A stretch of DNA of 53,824 nt, filler included, from Jimgerdemannia flammicorona (taxonomy: Eukaryota), in NCBI GenBank assembly GCA_003990765.1. It is 2 parts of 2 records of this genome, joined end to end, with 100 filler letters (N's around TTAATTAATTAA, not from the genome) between each part and the next. Parts side by side here need not be neighbours in the genome. Positions count along the whole stretch, not along the records: positions 26,964 to 53,824 come from RBNJ01000689.1; 1 more part is not named here. One strand, given 5' to 3'. This document shows positions 37,962 to 49,134 of the stretch, piece by piece. Numbering within the stretch: position 1 is the first letter of the stretch; each line of letters opens with the position of its first letter. The translations under genes were made by a program, and so were the position numbers. The notes under the pieces were generated by a model that was not told the origin of the DNA, did not search any database, and worked only from the letters and a program-made list of their open reading frames with translations.

Positions 37962-38528
37962 AGATGATACTCTATAAATATATAGACTACTATATACTCA
38001 ACAAGCTTACAGTCAAGAACCAATATCTACTACTCTTAATTAATCAAATCTTTGATACTCTCAAGAATGCCAAGTACTTTACTAAGTTAGATCTTATGTT
38101 AGATTACTATTAAATTTGAATCAAGTCAGAAGACATTCTCAAGACTGTATTCATAACTCTCTTTGAACTCTATAAATTTCTAGTTCTAATATTTAGTCTT
38201 ATCAATGTACCTATTATATTCCAGACTCTTATGAATAAGATATTCAAAGATTAACTATTTATCTTCTTATTAGTATATCTTGACAATATTCTAATCTTTA
38301 GTATAACTAAAGAAGAATACCTCAAGTACATCTAAGTAGTTCTGGAGATCTTGCAAAAATATAAACTATATATAAAGCTCAAGAAATATAAATTCTTCAA
38401 AGAATAAGTTAAATATCTTGACTACATTATCTCTGTATAAGAAATTCAAGTAGATCTGTACAATATAGAGATAATTCAAAAATGGTCTATTCCATCAAAC
38501 CTCATAGAACTCTAATTCTTTCTTAGTA
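37962..38528 (+). mobile_element. Gypsy RT fragment, same family as the minus-strand RT at ~49950-50540
   Basis: IDYYILNKLTVKNQYLLLLINQIFDTLKNAKYFTKLDL and YLDN (YLDD); inverted homology to ~50430-50540. Confidence 0.8.
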
Positions 38529-38776
38529 TCTCTTTGTTGATATTGAAATACAGCTAAATTTGGCTGCAAAAAAAAAAAAAAAATTTAAAAATTTTTTTAA
38601 CTTAATATTTGATATAAAATTATAAAAAAAAAAATTTGAAGAAAATCTATAAAAGCTAGTAAAAAAATTTTTTTTTTTTTTTTAGTAAAATAAATTTTTA
38701 TGATTTCTTTTTATTTTTATAAAATTTTAGATATAGTTGTTTTTTGCAGCTGAATTTGGCTGCAATACCATCTAAG
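38529..38776 (+). mobile_element. Probable non-autonomous Helitron-like mini-element (~250 bp)
   Basis: A|TC start. Degenerate 20-bp palindrome near both ends. The 3' palindrome TGCAGCTGAATTTGGCTGCA is followed 7 nt later by CTAAG|T. No TSD. Confidence 0.5.
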
Positions 38777-40287
38777 TGATATATAAAAGTATATTAAGTT
38801 AGTAAGTAGAGATAGAGATATATATTTTGCCTTAAAGTCTTTAATGAGATTTTGTATATTCTTGAAATTGACTAGTAGTTCTCAGATATATAGTATTATA
38901 TTCAGAGTAGCTCATCTATTTGACCAAATATCTAGATTAGTAGTAGTAGATTCTTTTGTTTAAGATTTTCTGAACCTCATACTTGATATAATCTTTAATA
39001 ATTATAGAGATAGATAGCTTAAAAATTTAATCAGAATAGAGTAATAACTGGTTTCAGATCTTGAGGTAAGATATATAGAAAATAGAATATACTTATATAG
39101 TTTTAGATAACTTAAGATAGTAAGAGAATATAAAGGCTTATTCTATAATATTGAAAAATTTAATAAACTTAAGTTAAAATATATTTAATAGATAGTTAAC
39201 TTGAGATTATATCTTTAGATTATCAGTAGATAATATAACTTTATTACTAATAGTATAGATAATATTATAATATTTCTTATTAGTATACTTTGCTTGATAT
39301 TGTTAAGTTTTCTAAAGATTTATAGTAGTAATCTTTAGTTATTTATTTATTTTATCTATATATAAGATTCTTAGTAGTAAGAACTTATATTTAACTGTTT
39401 TTCTAAAAGGAGACTAGACTTGTAGATATCTTGAAATCTTGACTATAAAGTAGTCAAAAAGGAGAAAGATTAGTAAATAATTAGACTATATTATTATATA
39501 TAAATTCTATATAGGTCAGATAGTAGTTCTAATTATCTTATTTATAAAAAATATAGTTTCTAAATATCTATTCAAAAGTTCTATTTATGTGTTTTATTTA
39601 TTTATTAGTTTAAGGATAAAAAATAGTAGATATGATAATTTGAGTTCTCAGAGAAGAGAACTTACCAAAAGTGACTAATAAACTTAGAATCTTAATTACT
39701 AACTATGACTTATAGTAAACTATAATAATAGAAGATTGACTTAAAGAAGATTCTTATATATAATCTTGAGAATAATAATATTAGTTATAGTAGATTTGGT
39801 AACCATGATCTTAGTTAAGTGATTAATAAATATAACTATAGTATTAGTACCAGACTTAGTTTAAAATAGTTATATAATAAAGTCTATTATAACTTACTTA
39901 AACTTCTTAATAGAAATTAGCAAAGGTTAGAGTAAATTAGCTAGTACTTAGTTGCTAGACTTATTATACTAATAAAGATCATAACTAGTAATATAGTTCT
40001 TGATTTTCTTAGTTATGTTTAGATTAATAGTAATAATATTGAAGATTCTTAATAGATTTCTCAATTTCAAAATAACTAGCAAGTAGAGAGTTATAATATT
40101 CTTATAATATCTAGTACTCCTAAACAAATTGAATTAATTTGAATCAAATTAAATTAAAGATCATTCAAATTAAATCAAATTAAATTTGAATTAAATTGAG
40201 AGTCTGATTTAAACTTTATTTTTTTAAATATAATAACTCAATAAAAATATATCCAAATTTTAATAAGCTAAAGATTATTAAATATAG

Positions 40288-41890
40288 TATAACAGTGATC
40301 TCAGAATAGTGACATCATCACAAGAGATAGCCTTTTTTTACAAGTCACCAGATCAGAGTACAAGAAGATCATATGGTATAACTCACCTAAGTTATAAGAT
40401 GAGTAATGATGACTAACCATGAGTCATTATAACTATAAGATAGACATCTCAAGGAATATAAAAGAAGGACTAAGGAACTATAGCAGCAGTAACTCAAACA
40501 AGATTTATAAAATCCCAAAATAGCTCAAAGACTCACTATAAACAAAATGTCTGCCACTTGCCAAACCTCAAGATCAAGAAACTACCAAGGCTTCTCAGAA
40601 TATTCTAAGACATCAGAAGAGTAATGGTGACTCATATCAGAAGAACTCCTAGCCTCAATCTGGGTACTAGTAACTCTTATCACTTTATTCTCTACTACTA
40701 TAAAATGGAAACAAGGATCACTATTGCTACCAAATACCTCTGAATATGATAGAAATATGAAATAAGAAACCTCCTTTATCAGGAATTCCCTTAGACCAGT
40801 CTCCAGGAGATACAAGATGCTACCCCTATAGATATATGAATTGAGGATAGCTAAAAAGATCTATTAGGTCTTTAGATATATATCTTAGTCAATCCCCAAC
40901 TTGGAGTATATCAGATTCTCAGACTTCAAGAAATTATCAGCCTACTGTACAGATGTACTAGAGGCTATGGTGGTTACAGAAGTCTAATTCACCATCACTC
41001 TTAGAAGTAATAAGATAGGAGAGTTCTGGAATTCCATCCTTGAGGACAATCCTGATCAATTCCTATAAGAATTAATCTCAGTATTCTAAGGCCCCAGTAT
41101 CCAGGTTAGGCCCTCTCAAGATTCTACCTTTATCTCTTACTTTGTAGAAAAAAACCTCATAGATTAGAGAGCCCCTGATCTTCTTGCTCCCACTGCCTCC
41201 AAACATGATGATATTATTAGTGATGATATTATTATATATATATATAAAATGCATAATATATATGAAACATATGAAATAGATGAAATGTTTGCTAATCTTA
41301 TTTCTTTTGAAGACATTCTGTCCCCAACCTCTAGCCTTGATAATAGTGATAAAGATGAAGTCTCCAGAATTCTGAACATTCTGCTCTGAGTTCTTTGTAT
41401 AACTGTTGAAATTCTTTTAGCATTCTAATTTTATATAACTGAAATTATTCTAGTATTCTGATCTTATATAACTAATTATACAGATACTTGAATTTGTACT
41501 TATAACTAAAGTTTTCTGTATTCAAGTATCTTATTTATTTAGTTATTGAAATTTATATTTAGTTTTATAACTTAGCAACTATTGAATTATATTTTGTATA
41601 AATACCCCTCTCATTTCTTTTGAAATAAAGTCAGTAGTCAAGTATTCAAATACTTGAATATTTAAGTCCCCAACTACTCAGAAGTACAGAAGTTCTAGTT
41701 CTCTATTCAATTCCAAGCAAGTGAATCTAAGAGACAACAGAATAGTTTAAAGATAAGAAGTTTGAAGACTATAAGATCTTGGAAAGACACTCTAATAGAA
41801 CTTGCTTATAAGAAACTTATAGTTGGTTTAAGAGATATATCTTGAAGAGAATCTGATATACTTGGAGAACTTAGCATCTACTATATGACA
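40288..41890 (+). repeat. Family B 5' LTR (1603 bp)
   Basis: TATAACA...TATGACA. TATAAAAG at 40457, TATAAATA at 41597, AATAAA near 41624. Direct repeat of 47567-49134. Confidence 0.92.
40547..41389 (+). pseudogene. Decayed ORF inside family B 5' LTR (~280 codons)
   Basis: ATG 40547 to TGA 41387-41389. Two compensating deletions (10 and 2 nt) relative to the 3' LTR. Several stops are sense codons in the 3' LTR. Confidence 0.65.
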
Positions 41891-44075
41891 ACTTAGTACT
41901 CATTGGCTAGTGATATCATTAGGATTCCTTACTTTTAAGCTGAAAAATAAACAACTACTATAACAACTACTCTGACTACAAGAGTTATCTCCTATAAGAA
42001 TCAAGATAAGATAGAAATATATCCCCCCACATTCTATGGATTTACTACTGAAGAGTTAATCCTGATCTTCATTGAAGACTTTAAACAATTTGCTACTATA
42101 TAAGCTCTCACTGTAAAAGTACAATTGGTCCTTCTACTAGTCAGCCTTAGAGGACCTGCCAGAGATAAGTTCAATATAGTCACTATTGCTGATACTAATG
42201 CAGCCAAACTCACTAATATAAAGAACTTCCTCAGAACTATATACTATACTGAAGAGATCAAGCAAGCTCTCAAAGATCAACTCAATACTATCTATCAAGA
42301 ACTCAATGAAGACTCCAACTTATTCTATACTTGAATCTGCTACCAGATTGTTTTGGCTAGCTATGATGATACTCTTAAGGAATAGATAGCTGATTCAACC
42401 TTCCTAAAAAGAGTCTACTATGAAATTATACTAGCAATCTAGTCTATTTCAGCTATTCTGATCCTTGACCAGAAAGTGGTCTTTATATAGAGATATTGAA
42501 CTACTAGATACTCTGCCAAATACTCAATGGAAAGAATAACTTATATTAAGATAGAGCCATTAAAGCCAACCAGTATCATACCCACTATAGCTATCAATAG
42601 ACAAATATTTCCACCTATCTCCAAGATGACCAAAACTGACCCAGTGGAGGAACTTATCTAGCAGTTTGCCAAGATGATGACTGCACATCTTGGTGATATT
42701 ATTAGAGAAGTACAAAGTGCCAACAGGAGACTAGTGCAGAAGTTTGCAGTTACTATAGAGGAGTACACTATTATATACTTCAAATATTGAGAAGAAGGCC
42801 ACTATACAAAGAATTGTATAACTGAAACAAGATACAGAGCCCAACCAAATAATGTTACTAGAATCAGAGAACAAACCAATACTATAGTCATCAAGAAGAT
42901 TGGTGATACTGATGATGAAGAATACTATGAGAAGTTTAAATTCTATCCTGTTACTAAAGGTATCAGAACTCAGTCTAAGCCCTATAATAAGAAAAGTAAT
43001 AGCAAGCTAGCTGAAAGACAAAAAAAGACCTCAACCATCACTATTTAAAGCAAGACCCAATCTGAGGAGATTGATTAAGACATGGAATTAGATAAAGCTA
43101 CCTGCCAAATTATTGAAGACACTACTCTAGTCTCAGGAGAAAGTGAAAGTAAGAAAGAACAGAAGCTATATAAGACCAAGATCCACTAGTATGATATCTA
43201 TAAGAACCTCAAGGAACAGAAGGTCAATGCTACTTTTGGACAACTAGCAGAAGTCTCTGCCTTCAGATAATAGTTGAGAGTAGGACTTGCAACCACTGTC
43301 AAGAACTAAGAGTACAAGATCATAGAAGCTCACAATGTATAAGAAGACTCAGGTGAAGAATCTATAGATTAGTACAAGATCTCTACCTATACTTAGTATT
43401 AGATTGAAGATTGTATCTTTGATACTATTATTGATACCAATACTGAAGGATGTCTTATAAACAAGAAGACAATTGACTACCTAGGCTGAGATATTGAAGA
43501 ATCTATCAAAATAGTCTATATTATAGCAGATAATATATGAGCTACCCTCTTAAGTAAGATTTGAGAAGTTCTCATTAAGATTAGAGGAGCTACTATCCTA
43601 GTAAATATAATTGTTATAAGTACCACTAACTATAATATCCTCATTGACAACTAATGGCTTCACAAGACTAAGACTATTATTGACCTCTGTCCAGAAGATA
43701 CAGATCAACCATAGAGAAAAAAAGATATAAGTCTCTATCAATATCTACAAATAAGTATATAGAGGAAGGAGATGAAGAGAATATAGAAGTCTTCATATAC
43801 TCAGTGTATAAGAACAAGAGTAAGATGACCAAGCTCACAGATAAGCAGTGGTACAACAAGATCATTAATGGCTATACTCCTTAAGAAAGATACCCCCATA
43901 GTACTGCTCTGAATATCTAAATAACTACTGGTCCTATATCAGTTAAGTTAGAAAAATCTGTCAACAAAGATATGAGTAAGAAGCTGCTGAAGCAAAAAAG
44001 AAAGCCAAAGAAGATGACCAGCCCCCAGAGCTTCAAGCTGATAGTGATGATGAGGAAGAACAAGAACCAGACATC

Positions 44076-44489
44076 ACCCTCAAGATTAAGAAGTTTCACC
44101 CCAAAATCAAGATCCTAGAATATAAGGCTAAAGAAGCTATAGGAATAGACCTTGCCAGCATCCAAGATGCCATTCTCAAACTACAGACCACTACTCTACT
44201 TAGTACTGAAATTGGAGTCATGTTATCAGAGAACCATGTTGAAATTATCAAAACTGAGAGCAGTCTGGCCAAGAGCAAAATCTCAGTTGATGGAGGAGTC
44301 ATTGATCCTAACTATACTGATGAGATCTTTCTTATAGTTAGGAATTACAACTCCACCACTCTATTCAAAGTCAAAAAGTATGACAGAATTGACCAGATAC
44401 TAATCCATGAAGTTAAGAAGCCTAAGATCACTGAAGCTATCAAACTCATCAAAACTAAGAGAGAAGAATAAGGCTTTGGATCTACTGAA
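44076..44489 (+). pseudogene. dut: dUTPase domain in the family B pol, between protease and RT
   Basis: All five trimeric dUTPase motifs in one frame: AIGIDL, ESSLA, GGVIDPNYTDEI, DRIDQ, REE*GFGST. Confidence 0.9.
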
Positions 44490-47400
44490 AGAGGAACCTA
44501 TGCTGCTACCAAGATTACTGAACTCAAGTATAAGAAAAACAAGAACCAGAATAAGTACACATATACCATTAGAGAAAACTTTCCCCTAAAAGAACAACTT
44601 CTCAAGATCTTACACCAAAATAAAGAAGTACTCACCACAGACTTCAGGGATATCCACAATCAAGAATCCAAGTACTACCATGAAGTTGACACTAATGATA
44701 CTAAGCCCATCTACCAGAAAGCCAGACCTATACTATCTGTCAACAGAGAATGGCTGCAAGCAGAACTCAAGGAAATAGAAGAAGCTGATATCATCAAGTA
44801 AGCTATCAGCTCTTGGGCTTTACTCATTATCCTTGCCCCAAAGAAAGGAAGCAAGCCTGGAGAGTTTGTCCTAAGACTCTATATTGATTATAGAAAGCTC
44901 AATACAATCACCAAGAAGGATAAGCAGCCCTTGCTAAATATTCAAAAAATTCTTACCACTCTTGGAAGTAAAGCCAAATACTACACCACCTTGGATTTAT
45001 TCTCAGACTTCTATCAGATTGGTCTCACTCAAGATACTAGTAAAAAATCAGCCTTCATCATATCTGATACCACCTATGTCTATCTGCAAATGTTAATTGA
45101 AATATACAATGCCCCAGAAAGTTTTCAGCAAATGATAAATAGAGTCTTCAGCAATAAAATTAGAAAATAGCTCTTTATCTATATTGATGATATGATCATC
45201 TTCAGTAATACTGTATGGAAATATATCAACTATATATAACTAGCTCTCAAGAAGCCCAAGGAGTATGGCCTCTACATCAAGCCCAAGAAGTGTAAGTTTA
45301 TAGCTCAAGAAATTGTCTACCTAGAACACATTATCAATCAGACTGGAATTCATATAGATCTTATGAAGATTGAGACTATTGCAGCCTACCCAATATCCAG
45401 AACAACTACAGAAGTTCATGCCTTTCTTAGACTGGCCTCCTACTACAGAAGATTTATCAAAAAAATACTTTAATATTGCAGTACCTATCTATAAGCTACT
45501 GAAGAAGGAGATTAAATTCAAATAAACCAAGAAATATCAAGAAACTTTTAATAAAACTCAAGACCAGATTGACTCAAGTACTTATTCTCAGAAGACTAGA
45601 TTAGAACCTAGAGTTCATTCTGCAGATAGATGTAAGTATTATAGAACTTGGAGCAGTGCTAGCTCAGAAGAAAGATGGACATAAATATGCCATCTCCTAT
45701 ATAAGCTAAGGTATCTATAAAGCAGAACAGAACTATGAGTCATACAAGCTTGAATGCTTAGCAGTAGTCTAAGCAGTAGACAAGTTCCACTACTATTTAG
45801 CTAGAAAACACTCCACTATTCAAACAGACTATTCTGCTCTTGCCTGGCTATTCCATACTCTGAACTCTAAAGGAATATATATCAGATAGATCTACAGACT
45901 GTAAGAGTGTAACTGTACTGTCAAATACTACTCAGGATGAACTAATATCAATGCTGATATACTCTCAAGAATACTCCAAAACACCCTCATTAAGACTATT
46001 CAATATGAATAAGGAGCTATACTATAGATCAATCAGCTACCTTAAGTAGTAGAAGATGTCCAACTACCTCAAACCCTGGACTATTACTATTATCAACTGG
46101 ACTTGGAAACAATTTGAACTAGACAATACTATACTCAGAAAAGGTGGAAAACTCATTATACCCAAATATAAGAAGTATCAAGTAATAAAGGAAGTATATA
46201 AACAAGGATACTTAGGAGGAACCAATATATATGACAAGATAAAAAGAACTATATGGTGATCTAAGATAGAAGAAGACCTATACTAATTTGTCAAAGAGTG
46301 TGATAAGTATCAAAAACAGAAATAAGATCAGTAAGACCAGGTATCCAGATTATTAAAAATTAAACCTATCTCCTTCCACCACATCACAATGGATATTATT
46401 GAACTACTACCAGTAACTCTATCAGAAAACTGCTATATTATAGTTATTGTAAATCTCTTTACCAAATGGATAGAAGCAGGAGTATTACAAGAAGTCAATA
46501 CTCTCTCTATTGCTGACTTCCTATACTAAGAAATTATCTTCTACTACAAGATACTAAGGCAAATTACTATAGACCATAGCACAGAATTTGTCAACAGATT
46601 CTATGAGATAATATATCAGAAATACAAGATTCAGTATATCAAGACTACTGTATATTACTCTCAAGAAAATGAACAGACTGAAAGAACCAACAAGACCCTT
46701 AAGAATATTTTGGTCAAGATCTTAGATATATATGAGAATTGGGATAACTACCTCCCAACTGCTCTCTCCATCCTATAAGACATATAGTCATGGAGTACAC
46801 ACTTTACCCCAAGAGAACTGCTCTTCAGAGAAGAAGATTCTGCTAGAACCTCAGCTATAAATCTAGATCTAACTTAATAATATATTGACTCAGAAATCCA
46901 GAGACTATACCAAATCAAGAAGAAGGCAGAAGATTATATTAGCAAGTCATAAGTACTAATAAAGAAGAATACAGAAAAGAATTATAAGACTCTAGAACTC
47001 ATTCAAATTGGAGAAAAGGTTCTACTATATCAAAATATAATAGAAGTCTCATAGTCACAAAAACTGAAGTTCAAATGAGAAAGACTCTTCTATATGTAAA
47101 ATATCAAGAGAACTACCTTCTGGCTTAGAAAACTCTCAGAGACTATACTGTCTATCATGATATATAGAAACAGACTCAAGAAGTACTATGAACCTATATA
47201 AGAGAAGAAAAACATAATGATCACCTATAAGGTTCTAGTCTATGAATCATAACAGCATGTCCTGTAACCAGTAGGCAATCTGTCTGGACTATTCTCTAAG
47301 AGATATGATACCAGTAACTACTTATCTATAAGACTTTTAAAGCTAGAGAAGTTTGAACCATCAACTGATTGATCAAGATCAGAATCAGGCTCTTGCTCTA

Positions 47401-47566
47401 TATAAAGGAAGTGACTCTTCACTATTATACCAAAATATATAAGGAAGATACTAGCCTATAAATACTACTTTTTGACCCTCTGTTAGAGGTTATAAGATCA
47501 GCAAATTTTTCAGACTAGACCAATGAATAAGAATACTTAAGAGAAGATCCTTATTCAGAAAGAAGA

Positions 47567-49134
47567 TGTAACAGTAATCTCAGAATAGTAATATTATCAT
47601 AGAAGACAGCCTTTTCTTACAAACTATCAGATTGGAGTATAAAAAGATTATACAGTATAACTCACCTAGGCTATAAGTTGAGCAATGATAACCAATCATG
47701 AGTTATCATATATAACTATAAGATAGATATCTCAAGGAATATAAAAGAAGAACTAAGGAACTGCAGTAGCAGCAACTTAAATAAGACTTACAAAATCTCA
47801 AAATAGCTCAAAGACTTACTATAAACAAAATATCTACCACCTACCAAACCTTAAGGTCAAGGAACCACCAAGGCTTCTTAGTTCAAGAAAGGATATTCCA
47901 AGACATCAGAAGAGCAATAAGGACCTATACCAGAAGAACTCCTAGCCTCAACCTGGGTACTGGTGACCCTTACCACTTTATTTTCTACTACTGTGAAATG
48001 GAAACAAGGATCACTATTGCTACCAAATACCTCTAGATATAGCAGGAATATGAAATAAGAAATCTTCTCTACTGGAAATTTCCTTAGGCCAGTCTCTAGG
48101 AGATATAAGATATCACCTCTATGGATACATATGAATTAAGAGTAGCTAAAAAGATCTATCAGATCTTCAGGTGTACACCTTAGTCAATTCTCAACTTGGA
48201 GTATATCAGAGTCTCAGACTTTAAGAAATTGTTAGCCCACTATACAGATGTACTGGAGGCTATGGTGGCTATAGAAGTCCAATCCACTATTACTCTCAGA
48301 AGTGATAAGATAAGAGAGTTCTGGAATTCTATCCTTGAGAACAATTCTGATCAATTTTTGTAAGAATTAATCTCAGTATTCCAAGGCCCCAGTATCTAGA
48401 TTAGGTCTTCTCAAGATCTCATCTTTATCTCCTATTTTGTAGAGAAGAACCTCATAGATTGGAGAGCTCTTGATCTCCTTGCTTCTACTGCCCCTAAATG
48501 TAATAATGTCATTATAATGATGTCATCCTGTATATATACAAAATGTGCAATATATGCAAAATACATATATGAAATAGATAAAATATTCACTGACCTCATT
48601 TTCTTTAAAGATATCCTGTCCCTAACCTCTAGTCTTAATAATAGTGATGAAGATGAAGCCCCCAGAATTCTTGAAATTCTTCTGACATTTTGATTTTGTG
48701 CAACTGAAATTATTCCAATATTCTGATCTTATATGTACAACCAATTGTACAGATACTCAAATTTGTACTTACAACTGAAGTTGTCTATATTCAAGTATCT
48801 CATTTATTTGATTATTAGAATTTATATTTAGTTTTATAACTTAGCAACCATTGAATTATATTTTATATAAATATCTCTCTTTCAAATACTTGAACATTCA
48901 AGTTCCCAACTACTTAGAAGTACAGAAGTTCCAGTTCTCTATTCAATTCCAAGCAAGTGAATCCAAGAGATAATATTACAGTTTAAAGATAAGAAGTTTG
49001 AGGACTATAAGACCTTGAGAAGATACTCTAATAGAACTTGCTTATATATAAGAAACTTATAGTTAGTCTAAGAGATATATATATCTTAAAGAAAATCTGA
49101 TATACTTAGAGAACTTAGTATCTACTATATGATA
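47567..49134 (+). repeat. Family B 3' LTR (1568 bp), containing the second copy of the LTR ORF (~47830-48693)
   Basis: TGTAACA start after the PPT; ends TATGATA before the ATAG TSD. Confidence 0.92.

Larger units (their letters stand above)
40288..49134 (+). mobile_element. Full-length Ty3/Gypsy family B: LTR-gag(CCHC)-PR-dUTPase-RT-RH-IN-LTR, degenerate
   Basis: LTRs 40288-41890 and 47567-49134, 4-bp TSD ATAG, PPT before 47567. Gag PPTFYG, zinc knuckle relic 42776-42817, protease IIDTN (~43430), YIDD 45180-45191, integrase MDII..FTKWIEA..ITIDHSTEF..ERTNKTLK. Confidence 0.93.

Noticed and set aside
40582..41379. Minus-strand ORFs (40582..40815, 41164..41379) in the family B LTR
   Set aside because: Ser-rich composition typical of antisense to D/E codons; the plus frame is the one repaired by LTR comparison.
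41891..41910. Primer-binding site of family B
   Set aside because: ACTTAGTACTCATTGG could be a mutated TGG-type PBS, but no tRNA can be assigned.
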